A stretch of DNA of 64,000 nt. Origin: Pseudobdellovibrionaceae bacterium. GTDB taxonomy: Bacteria; Bdellovibrionota; Bdellovibrionia; Bdellovibrionales; Bdellovibrionaceae. The stretch lies in NCBI GenBank assembly GCA_043747555.1, contig JAYTOY010000047.1, positions 5,063-69,062 of the forward strand, given 5' to 3'. Position numbers and translations under genes: made by a program. Below, one piece after another: positions 29,152 through 37,329 of this stretch (the first letter of the stretch is position 1; each line of letters starts with the position of its first letter). A model generated the notes under the pieces. That model ran no database searches and had not been told where the DNA came from. It saw only the letters and a list, made by a program, of their open reading frames with translations.

Positions 29152-30380
29152 ACTCGTCCCTTCATCATACCATGCCAATACAGGGGCGGTAGCATGTCTT
29201 TTTTTAAGATCCACATACTTTTTCTCTCTTTGGTCATATCCATAGGAAACGAAGGCATTAACTTTCCGTCGTAGCCAAATTCAGCAAGGATCACTTTTCC
29301 AATGCCGGTGATCAAAGGGCAGGATGCGTACCCGTCATACTTTTGGGATGGCACTTGTCCTTCGATAACATCAACAATATTTTGCGAAACGACCGGGGCC
29401 TGCTTACGAATTGCAGCCCCTGTTTTTGAATTTGGCACGCCCGTCACATCGCCGATTCCAAAAATATTTTTAAAATCTTGATGTTGAAGAGTGTATTGAT
29501 CAACTTTTAACCAGCCCGCGTGGGGGCCTGAAGTAAACGCCAATCCAGAAGTTTTCACATACTGATGAGCACTCATTGGCGGAACAACGTGCAAAAGATC
29601 ATAGGGAATCTTTTCCAATATAACACTGAGTTTGGTTTCACCATTCTCAACAGATTCTGTGGTTTTTTCAAAGATTGCGATTTTATCTCTGGCCAAGACT
29701 TCAATCAGTTTATAAGAAAATTTAAGATCGATATTTTTTCGAGCTGCGACCTCCATTAAAGGCTTAGCGAACGCAGGAACTCCAAATATAACCTTTCCGG
29801 CTGCTGCAAAAATAATTTTAGACTTTTCACGCACGTTATTTTTTCTAAAGATATCATCCGCTAAATACATTATTTTCTGCGGCGCCCCTGCGCATTTAAT
29901 CGGAACCGGTGGCATTACAAAAATAGCGATGCCCCCTTTAAATTTTTGGATCATTTGCGCCGTTATTTCGGCCTGATCATATTGATAAATACTGCACAAA
30001 CCATTTTTTCCTAAATTCTCATCAATGCCTTTTATTAAGCTCCAGTCCAATTTTAGTCCGGTTGCTAAAACCAAATAATCAAACCCGATCACTTGACCTG
30101 AGGAACAAACAACCTGGTGTTCTTGGACTTTGATATCTTGTGCTTGATCTTTAATCCACTGAACGCCGCTAGGAATCGTCTCCTTCATCGGTCGTCGAGT
30201 GGTTTCTTTCTTCACAAGGCCAGCGCCGACAAGGGTCCAAAGGGGTTGATAATAATGAAACTCGCCGGGCTCAATGATCCCAATATTTTTAGCCCCTAAA
30301 CTCTTTTTGAGCCTTGCCGCGACTGAAGTTCCACCAGATCCTGCACCCAAAATTAAAACCTTAAAATGATGATTGACCAT
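29148..30380 (-). CDS. sqr: Type II (SQRDL-like) sulfide:quinone oxidoreductase
   Basis: KVLILGAGSGG (FAD). KCAGAPQKIMYL and YDGYASCPLITG match the two redox-Cys regions of SQRDL-type enzymes. AGGAG Shine-Dalgarno. Confidence 0.87.
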   Translation of the reverse strand: MVNHHFKVLILGAGSGGTSVAARLKKSLGAKNIGIIEPGEFHYYQPLWTLVGAGLVKKETTRRPMKETIPSGVQWIKDQAQDIKVQEHQVVCSSGQVIGFDYLVLATGLKLDWSLIKGIDENLGKNGLCSIYQYDQAEITAQMIQKFKGGIAIFVMPPVPIKCAGAPQKIMYLADDIFRKNNVREKSKIIFAAAGKVIFGVPAFAKPLMEVAARKNIDLKFSYKLIEVLARDKIAIFEKTTESVENGETKLSVILEKIPYDLLHVVPPMSAHQYVKTSGLAFTSGPHAGWLKVDQYTLQHQDFKNIFGIGDVTGVPNSKTGAAIRKQAPVVSQNIVDVIEGQVPSQKYDGYASCPLITGIGKVILAEFGYDGKLMPSFPMDMTKERKSMWILKKDMLPPLYWHGMMKGRV

Positions 30381-30403
30381 GCCCGCTCCTATTAATATTA
30401 AAT

Positions 30404-30832
30404 TTAAACTAAGGGATCATCTCCGCTAATAAAAATGAGTAAGCCCTTTTTTTCCAGTTCTAAAGCCTTTTCAAGAATCAATTTCTGCGCCGCTTCGACT
30501 TTAGCAAGAGATTGCGGCCCCAAATGATCTAACGCAAGCTGAAACATTTCAACTTTCCTTTTTGCAAAAGGCTTTAGAAGAGCATCAATAAACTCTTTTT
30601 TCTTTCCGCGAAGGGCTAAAACCCAAGTGGGTTCGGGAATTTCTTGAAAAAGACGATGCATCCCTTGGGTATTCACTTTTAATAAGTCCTCAAATAGAAC
30701 CAAATTATTTTTTAAACGTTCAGCCATTTCAGGATCTTTTTTTAAGATTTCGGATAAAATTCGCAGTCGAGATTTTTCATCCAACCCTCGCAGTGCTTCT
30801 ATGGCAGCTTTGAAACCTTTAATTTTTGCCAC
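30404..30832 (-). CDS. Standalone FliG C-terminal-domain-like protein
   Basis: LVLFEDLLKVNTQGMHRLFQEI...LALRGKKKEFIDALL...LGPQSLAKVEAAQKLILEKALELEKKGLL follows the FliG_C pattern (F.FEDL..LDDR.IQ.LLREV...LA.ALKGA...GPVR..DVE.AQ..I....R.L...GEI). GTG start abuts the gloB stop. Confidence 0.62.
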   Translation of the reverse strand: MAKIKGFKAAIEALRGLDEKSRLRILSEILKKDPEMAERLKNNLVLFEDLLKVNTQGMHRLFQEIPEPTWVLALRGKKKEFIDALLKPFAKRKVEMFQLALDHLGPQSLAKVEAAQKLILEKALELEKKGLLIFISGDDPLV

Positions 30833-31519
30833 TTAGAAATGATTCCTTCTCTCGCGCAGGCTCTGAAATTCTTGGACCGTCGCCGCCTTTAAAAAAGGAT
30901 TGTACTTTTTTTCTTGCTTTAAATTTAACGGGTGAACCGATTGATAGCCATCGAGGGATATATTTTCGTCGCTGCAGAATCTTTTATTGGTTGGATAATA
31001 ATCATGAGTGCAATAAATTTGAGTTAGATCCGGTAAAGTTTTAATCCTTTTTAGCGTTAAAAACATCTGTTCAAAACTTCCTTCAAAAAGCCTTCCGCAG
31101 CCTAACGAAAAAACAACATCGCCAGAAAAAAGCCAAAGCTGACTCAGGCACCAAAAAGCTAAATGCTCTAATGTGTGGCCGGGACATTCAAACACTGCAA
31201 ATTGCAGATCCAGAAAATTAATCTTATCACCTTCTTGCAGCCAGTCAGTGCACAAATCTTTTAACTGATGCTTGTTTTTAAGGGGACCATAAACGAGGCA
31301 AGAAAACAGATTCTTTATTTCCTGAACTCCTTGAACGTGATCTGCGTGGTGATGGGTGATAAAAATCATTTGGCAGCGAAGTTCAGCTTTTTCTAAAAAT
31401 TTCAGAACGGCAGAAGGCTCGCCAGGGTCGACGATAATTGCATCTGCTCCGTTATGAATGACGAACACGAAATTATCTGCAAAAATAGGAATTTTTTCAA
31501 CTATCCAGGAAACGGCCAT
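30833..31519 (-). CDS. gloB: Hydroxyacylglutathione hydrolase (glyoxalase II, MBL fold)
   Basis: ITHHHADH, PGHTLEH, GCGRLFEG, CTHDYYPTNKRF. Confidence 0.87.
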   Translation of the reverse strand: MAVSWIVEKIPIFADNFVFVIHNGADAIIVDPGEPSAVLKFLEKAELRCQMIFITHHHADHVQGVQEIKNLFSCLVYGPLKNKHQLKDLCTDWLQEGDKINFLDLQFAVFECPGHTLEHLAFWCLSQLWLFSGDVVFSLGCGRLFEGSFEQMFLTLKRIKTLPDLTQIYCTHDYYPTNKRFCSDENISLDGYQSVHPLNLKQEKKYNPFLKAATVQEFQSLRERRNHF

Positions 31520-31613
31520 ACTTAAGATTAACCCTATTATATTTGAAATGAAAATATTTTACTTAAACAAGTACCCGTGGACCATCACCTATCCATTGCG
31601 TTAAAATATCCCT

Positions 31614-32318
31614 ATGAAAATCCTTATATTCCTTGCGATGTCAGCCATCGCCAGCCAGGTTAATACTTTACCAGATCAAGTGGCCTATTATAAAAAAGCT
31701 TATAATATCACATCCGTTCATCAAAAATTGGTGGATTATCAAGGTCGCTATCTAGGCCCAGCCGGTCATCAACTGGAAGGCCTAAAAAATGTTAAAATGG
31801 CGCTGAATGGACTGCTTTACTGGGGCGGGGGCTTGAATAAAAACCGCGACAACCGAAATCCTCTTTTGCCAAGTGCCTTAAATAGCCTTTGCAAAGAGGG
31901 GTTTTCTTCAGCGATTTATCTTTACGACAGAGGCTTTAATGGAGCCGTTAAGGAAAGTCACTGCACGGACAAGTTAGGTCAAAGTAATAGCATTCACTAT
32001 CTTTCAAAAATCCAAAGTAAGCAGTCGAAGGAAGTCTTAGAAAGAATCTACAAAGCCATTAAACTTCAACAACAAGGGCCTATATATATGCATTGTTGGA
32101 ATGGGTTTCATGCCTCGAATGCTATGGCGGCCGTTGCTTTACGTCAATTTTGTGATTATTCGGAAGCAGACGCCCTCAAATTTTGGAAGACCAATGCTGA
32201 AGGCACCGATCGACGCGAGAACTTTAGTTTAATGCTCAATTTTATTCGTAATTTTGAGCCCTACCCTGAGTTTCAAATTTCCGAGTCTGAGAAAAGTTTA
32301 ATTTGCTTATCTCGCTAA
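31614..32318 (+). CDS. Hypothetical secreted protein with a PTP-like loop lacking the Arg
   Basis: Signal-like N-terminus. IYMHCWNGFHASNAMAAVAL resembles a Cys-phosphatase P-loop, but position +6 is Ala. Confidence 0.4.
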   Translation: MKILIFLAMSAIASQVNTLPDQVAYYKKAYNITSVHQKLVDYQGRYLGPAGHQLEGLKNVKMALNGLLYWGGGLNKNRDNRNPLLPSALNSLCKEGFSSAIYLYDRGFNGAVKESHCTDKLGQSNSIHYLSKIQSKQSKEVLERIYKAIKLQQQGPIYMHCWNGFHASNAMAAVALRQFCDYSEADALKFWKTNAEGTDRRENFSLMLNFIRNFEPYPEFQISESEKSLICLSR

Positions 32319-32450
32319 ACTTTCATTTTTAATCCTTGATTTTCCGCTGCTTTTTATTTGGCGCGATTCTTGCGCTTTTAGGCCAATAAATACAGATTGT
32401 TTCCTTTTGTGGGACAATCAACCACTTATTTATTTGCCATGGAGGCATAT

Positions 32451-32846
32451 ATGGACACGTCATCAGATTTCGAAACCAGCCGCGAGATTTTAAATAATAT
32501 TGTTAAACGCCTCAGTGGCGATATGCTTAACTGTATTAAAAACTGCACCGAAGTTCATAAACAGTGCGAACAAACCATTTCGCACTGTTTGGGAAAAGGT
32601 GGAATGCACTCAGAAATCACTCACATTAGAGCTTTGCGGGATGTTGCAGAAATTTCGGCACTGAACACCAATTTTATGCTTCGAGAATCCCCCATGCACT
32701 ATGTCGTTTGTATGGCCTGCGCAGAAACTTGTTTGGTTTGTGCTCAAAGCTGTGAACGTTTTCATGACGACAGCGAAATGAAGTCAATTGCTGATGCGTG
32801 TCGGTACTGTGCTGAGTCTTGCGAAAAAATGTCGATGCATCATTAA
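32451..32846 (+). CDS. Cys-rich four-helix-bundle (DUF326/Csp-like) copper-binding protein
   Basis: 12 Cys in CxxxC/CxxC helices (NCIKNCTEVHKQCEQTISHC, CMACAETCLVCAQSC, CADACRYCAESC). ATG 32451 lies 5 nt after GGAGG. Confidence 0.8.
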   Translation: MDTSSDFETSREILNNIVKRLSGDMLNCIKNCTEVHKQCEQTISHCLGKGGMHSEITHIRALRDVAEISALNTNFMLRESPMHYVVCMACAETCLVCAQSCERFHDDSEMKSIADACRYCAESCEKMSMHH

Positions 32847-32868
32847 AAAAAGTTCTTTATGATAGGGA

Positions 32869-33474
32869 ATGAAAAAAATAATTTTAAATTCATTCTTCTT
32901 ATTTTCTTTTTTAACTTTCTCTGAACAAGCACGTGCAGCCGTCTCTCCGGTGGCGGTTGCGATATTGCCGCCTGTGCAGTTTCCCTCTGACGAATTTTCC
33001 ATCACCGGAGCAAGACTTAGTTTTTTATGGGGTCATCATCGGGACCTTTACGGAGTGGATTTAGGAATATTGGGCAATATCACAGACCAAGAATTTACGG
33101 GGATTGCTCTATCGGGTGCTTTTAATTACACCAAAGGAACAACAACAATCTTGGGCTTACAATTTGCGGGTCTCGCCAACATTAATACAAATAAAACTAG
33201 CGTCTACGGTCTTCAAATGGCTTTAGGATTAAATTCTAATAAAGCAACATCCTCAGTGGTGGGCGTCCAGGCGGCCCTCTTGGGGAATTTATCCCCGTTC
33301 ACGGATATTTACGGCGTACAACTAGGATTGTATAATAAAGCCATGAGCGTTTATGGACTTCAAATTGGACTTGTGAATGTCACGTCTAATCTTCACGGCG
33401 TGCAAATTGGTTTAGTGAACTTTAATAGCAAAGGCCCATTTGTTGTTTCCCCATTAATAAATGTCGGATTCTAA
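32869..33474 (+). CDS. Secreted repeat protein, about 8 copies of a 14-18 aa G-[VL]-Q-x-[GA]-L-x-N unit
   Basis: YGLQMALGLN, VGVQAALLGN, YGVQLGLYN, YGLQIGLVN, HGVQIGLVN. Signal peptide ...SEQARA. Confidence 0.55.
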   Translation: MKKIILNSFFLFSFLTFSEQARAAVSPVAVAILPPVQFPSDEFSITGARLSFLWGHHRDLYGVDLGILGNITDQEFTGIALSGAFNYTKGTTTILGLQFAGLANINTNKTSVYGLQMALGLNSNKATSSVVGVQAALLGNLSPFTDIYGVQLGLYNKAMSVYGLQIGLVNVTSNLHGVQIGLVNFNSKGPFVVSPLINVGF

Positions 33475-33483
33475 CTTTACTTC

Positions 33484-35820
33484 ATGGAATTGACTGTAAA
33501 ACTAAAAAGCCTTGTTCATTTTTCGGTTTCTTTATTAGGTGAAGTGATTGAGCGTGAACTGGGAACAAAGCAGTTTCAGCAGATCGAATCATTACGCCAG
33601 AATATGGCTCACTTAAGAAGTTCCAATTCTTTGGAAGCTATTCAGCAACTGGAAAAAAATTATTATCACCTTCAAAGTTTCAAGACCACCGAACGCTTTG
33701 ACATCGCAAAGTCTTTTACATTAATGCTTGAAGTGATGAATTCGTGTGAAAATGCCTATCGAAGCCATCGCTTGAGTCTAAAAGTAAATAAACCCCACCC
33801 TGATGGTTTATCTCCGGTCAGTATCACTTATGTTTTAACGGCTCATCCGACGGAGGCCCGTGCTCCACAAAATATCGAGATCTTTCATCGAATTCAAAAA
33901 TTGTTAAATCAAATCCTGAATCGTTTGTCTGAAGAAGAGGCCCTCGAGCCCACGCCACTAGAGAGAAATCAGTTGCTTCACCTTTTGGAAGTTGCATGGC
34001 GAACCCCCATCGTGCGATCGCGAACGCCAAAGGTTAAGGACGAGGCAGAACATGTTTACTCATTGCTTCTAAGGGATGAGGTTTTATTCCAGCTTCTTGA
34101 TTTACAAAGGACGGCTGTTCCCTTTTTTGTCCGCAGTTGGGTCGGCGGCGATAAAGATGGCCATCCCGGGGTGAATGAAAAAGTTCTTTTGCAAAGCCTT
34201 AACCTCTCTCGAAAAAAAATTCTTCATATTATTTTTCAACAACTTGAAGAGATTGAAAATATCTTGAAGCTTTTCCCGTCAGAAATTTTGCAAGAAAAAT
34301 TAATGATTGTGAAAAAATCAACTCGGTCCCTAAAAAGTCTTCGGTCGGGCGATTCTCGGCGGCTCATCCAGTGGACCCATGCCTTTTTTAATTTTGAAAA
34401 AGAATACTTGAAAGCGCTTTCGACTTTCCCTGCGCAGGTGTTACGCCTTCGTCAAATTTTTGCGACATTTCCTGGGTTGGTCGTTCCTTTGGAACTTCGC
34501 GAATCCTCTGACGTTTTGATGACCAAACTGCCAAAAGGAAAAAAATTAGCTGTTGATCGGATGCTTGGGACCATTGCAACTGTTTCTAAAGGCGGTGATC
34601 CGCAATGGTATGCGCGCGGTTTTATTATTAGCATGTGCGAATCAATGGAACATATCCGTGCCGCTGCAAAAAAACAAACTCAAGCCTTTGGTGACATCTG
34701 CATCCCTGTTATTCCTCTTTTCGAAGAGGCTCGCTCTTTGGCCGATGCGCCTCAGGTGATATTGAAGATGACAACCGATCCAATGATAAAAAAAGCCTGC
34801 CAAAAATACTGGGGCGGTTTACTCGAAATGATGGTGGGTTATTCAGATTCAGCTAAGGAAGCAGGGGTTTTACCCAGCCGCTTAGCCATTGCAAAAGCCT
34901 TACCGGAACTTGAAAAAGTTTGCCAACAGCGAGGCCTTATTCCGGTTTTTTTTCATGGCTCTGGTGGCAGTGCCGATCGTGGGGGTGGCTCCATCGAAGA
35001 TCAGACCGCGTGGTGGCCAAAATCAGCGTTAACCCGTTACAAGGTTACAGTTCAAGGCGAAATGATTGAACGCTCCCTAGCAAATCCTGTCATTGCCCAA
35101 AGACAGGTCGAAAAAATTATCGAATGTGCCCAAAGCGGTTTGCAAAAAAAAGTGCCGCCGACAAGCTCTGCCGCCTTGGATAGGTGGGCTGAGAAAATAT
35201 CTCAGCATTATCAAAAACAAATTCAATCGCCTGAGTTTTTGAAAATGACAGAACTTGCAACGCCCTACTCTTACTTGAATATTTTAAAAATTGGTTCGAG
35301 GCCTGCCAAAAGGACTAAAGTCATGACCGTCAAAGGTCTGCGAGCGATCCCTTGGGTGCTGTGCTGGACTCAAACACGGGTTTTATTTCCGACCTGGTGG
35401 GGCGTCGGCAGCGCTTGGTCCGAAACCAGCGCACCAGAAAAACTTAAACTTAAAAAAGATTTTAAAACGCAGGCCGTTTTTACCTCTTACATCAAAGTTT
35501 TAGGATTTACTTTAGCTAAAATTGAATTGGCCGTTTGGTGGATTTATTTACGTGAAAGTGGCTTATCTGCACAAGATGTCACAAAAACTTTTGACGCTTT
35601 TCAACTGGAGCTAAAAAAAACTATTCTTTGTTACCAAGAGATCACCGAACAGAAAGATTTCATGTGGTTTCGCCCGTGGTTGGGTGAAAGCATTCAACTA
35701 AGATCGCCGATGATTCATCCTCTTAATCTTTTACAAATCTTAGCAAAAAAAGATCGTGATGTGAATTTGCTAAGGCTGACAGTCACGGGAATTTCTAGCG
35801 GCATGCTGACGACGGGCTAA
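33484..35820 (+). CDS. ppc: Phosphoenolpyruvate carboxylase (short form, 778 aa)
   Basis: VLTAHPTE, GYSDSAKEAG, FHGSGGSADRGGG, C-terminal ...LTTG. Confidence 0.92.
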   Translation: MELTVKLKSLVHFSVSLLGEVIERELGTKQFQQIESLRQNMAHLRSSNSLEAIQQLEKNYYHLQSFKTTERFDIAKSFTLMLEVMNSCENAYRSHRLSLKVNKPHPDGLSPVSITYVLTAHPTEARAPQNIEIFHRIQKLLNQILNRLSEEEALEPTPLERNQLLHLLEVAWRTPIVRSRTPKVKDEAEHVYSLLLRDEVLFQLLDLQRTAVPFFVRSWVGGDKDGHPGVNEKVLLQSLNLSRKKILHIIFQQLEEIENILKLFPSEILQEKLMIVKKSTRSLKSLRSGDSRRLIQWTHAFFNFEKEYLKALSTFPAQVLRLRQIFATFPGLVVPLELRESSDVLMTKLPKGKKLAVDRMLGTIATVSKGGDPQWYARGFIISMCESMEHIRAAAKKQTQAFGDICIPVIPLFEEARSLADAPQVILKMTTDPMIKKACQKYWGGLLEMMVGYSDSAKEAGVLPSRLAIAKALPELEKVCQQRGLIPVFFHGSGGSADRGGGSIEDQTAWWPKSALTRYKVTVQGEMIERSLANPVIAQRQVEKIIECAQSGLQKKVPPTSSAALDRWAEKISQHYQKQIQSPEFLKMTELATPYSYLNILKIGSRPAKRTKVMTVKGLRAIPWVLCWTQTRVLFPTWWGVGSAWSETSAPEKLKLKKDFKTQAVFTSYIKVLGFTLAKIELAVWWIYLRESGLSAQDVTKTFDAFQLELKKTILCYQEITEQKDFMWFRPWLGESIQLRSPMIHPLNLLQILAKKDRDVNLLRLTVTGISSGMLTTG

Positions 35821-36884
35821 AGAGCAAACTTCATTTGTCCTGAGTTCCTTTCAACAGACTCTGAAGCTAAGCGCACTCCTAAACCCATCAGTCGAACAGG
35901 ATCAGACCGACGCTCCCAAACCTCACTCAGCAGCTTTGTAAAATCTTGAATTTGAGGCCAATATTTAGCAGAAACTTCATGAGTTGTACTTTTAAAATCA
36001 GAAAATTTAACCTTTACTACGAATCCACGGATTCGATCTTGTTCTTTATATTTTAGCATTCTGTGCTGCCAATCTTCGTAAAGTCTTGGCACCTGCTTGA
36101 GGCATTGATCCAAAGTCGATAAATCCTGATTGAAAGTTTCTTCGACTGTTAAAGATTTTCTTTCATTATTGGCTTCAACCGGGCGATGATCAATTCCTTG
36201 GGCTAATTCTTTCAGCTCGGAAGCTCTGGAGCCAAAAGCTCGGGCCAAATTAAAAACCGAATACTTCTGTAGATCACCGCAAGTTCTAATTCCAAGATCA
36301 TGCATTTTTTGGGCGGTGACTTTTCCAACGCCGTAAATTTTTTCAACCTGCAGCGTCTTCATAAACTTTTCAACTTCTGCGGGCCGAATCACAAATTGTC
36401 CGTTGGGCTTTTTCCAGTCGCTGGCAATTTTTGCTAAAAACTTATTGGATGCTATTCCTGCCGAGGCTGTTAGTTGAAGCTCGGTTTGAATCAAACGTCG
36501 GATTTCTTGCGCAATAAGTGTGGCGCTTCCGCCAAAAAGGGTCGATTCTGTGACATCTAGGTAGGCTTCGTCCAAAGACAAGGGCTCGACCTTATTGGTA
36601 AAGCGGTAAAAAATTTCGCGAACTTTCTGGCTTTCTTTTTTGTACAAATCAAAATGCGGCGGAATCAAAATTAACTGCGGGCAAAGGCGGACGGCTTGCG
36701 AAGACGGCATGGCCGCCTTAACGTTGAACTTTCTAGCTTCATAATTGGCCGTACAAAGGACACTTCGCGTGTTTGGCGGCCCGCCAATCCCCAAAGGCTT
36801 ACCAGACAGGGTGGGATTGTGTTTAACCTCAACGGCCGCGTAAAAGCAGTCCATATCGACATGAATAATCTTACGATTTGTCAT
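35817..36884 (-). CDS. dinB: DNA polymerase IV
   Basis: IIHVDMDCFYAAVE and SLDEAYLDVT, with Y-family palm/fingers organisation. Confidence 0.95.
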   Translation of the reverse strand: MTNRKIIHVDMDCFYAAVEVKHNPTLSGKPLGIGGPPNTRSVLCTANYEARKFNVKAAMPSSQAVRLCPQLILIPPHFDLYKKESQKVREIFYRFTNKVEPLSLDEAYLDVTESTLFGGSATLIAQEIRRLIQTELQLTASAGIASNKFLAKIASDWKKPNGQFVIRPAEVEKFMKTLQVEKIYGVGKVTAQKMHDLGIRTCGDLQKYSVFNLARAFGSRASELKELAQGIDHRPVEANNERKSLTVEETFNQDLSTLDQCLKQVPRLYEDWQHRMLKYKEQDRIRGFVVKVKFSDFKSTTHEVSAKYWPQIQDFTKLLSEVWERRSDPVRLMGLGVRLASESVERNSGQMKFAL

Positions 36885-36891
36885 ATGTAAA

Positions 36892-37329
36892 TTATATGTA
36901 AGTCAGCAGCCATTGCAAGAAATAAAAAGCACCTAGGATAAAACTAGCCAGGATAGCGATAAATATAAAAATAGTCGTAAATACCACCCACCGCGAGCCT
37001 GATACAGACCGGCTGGGATTTGCCATATAGGCCTCAAGTAATAAAATATTCTTACTGTTCGCCCGCCACATGAAATCAAATAGATTTCCAAGGATGGGCA
37101 GCCAATCAAAAATATTATCGATCAATACATTTATAAGCATTCGTAAAATTAAAAAAGCTGGGCAGCCCATCGTGGCCGCTCTGATAATAATATAAAATGA
37201 AATACAGCTTGTGATGACATTTCCTGCCACTGGCAAAAGCCCGATCAAACCATCTAGGCCAAAACGAAAGCCAAAAGGACCTTTGTATTTAGAGTCCATC
37301 AATTCAGCCAATCGTTTTAAGTCTTGCAT
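36892..37329 (-). CDS. DUF4112 membrane protein
   Basis: FGLDGLIGLLPVAGNVITSCISFYII. ATG 37329 overlaps the upstream stop (TAATG). Alternative TTG at 37341. Confidence 0.78.
   Translation of the reverse strand: MQDLKRLAELMDSKYKGPFGFRFGLDGLIGLLPVAGNVITSCISFYIIIRAATMGCPAFLILRMLINVLIDNIFDWLPILGNLFDFMWRANSKNILLLEAYMANPSRSVSGSRWVVFTTIFIFIAILASFILGAFYFLQWLLTYI

Noticed and set aside
30833-31519. The MBL-fold gene upstream of SQR as a persulfide dioxygenase (ETHE1/PDO), completing a sulfide-oxidation operon
   Set aside because: The sequence follows glyoxalase II signatures (GCGRLFEG, THDYYPTNKRF) rather than ETHE1 (GCGRTDFQ, AHDY-HG). It is called gloB.
36885-36900. TTATATGTAA upstream of dinB as a LexA box of the TTAC-N3-GTAA type
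   Set aside because: The half-sites are TTAT and GTAA with a 2-nt spacer, so both sequence and spacing are off. No better match was seen near dinB, uvrB or recG.
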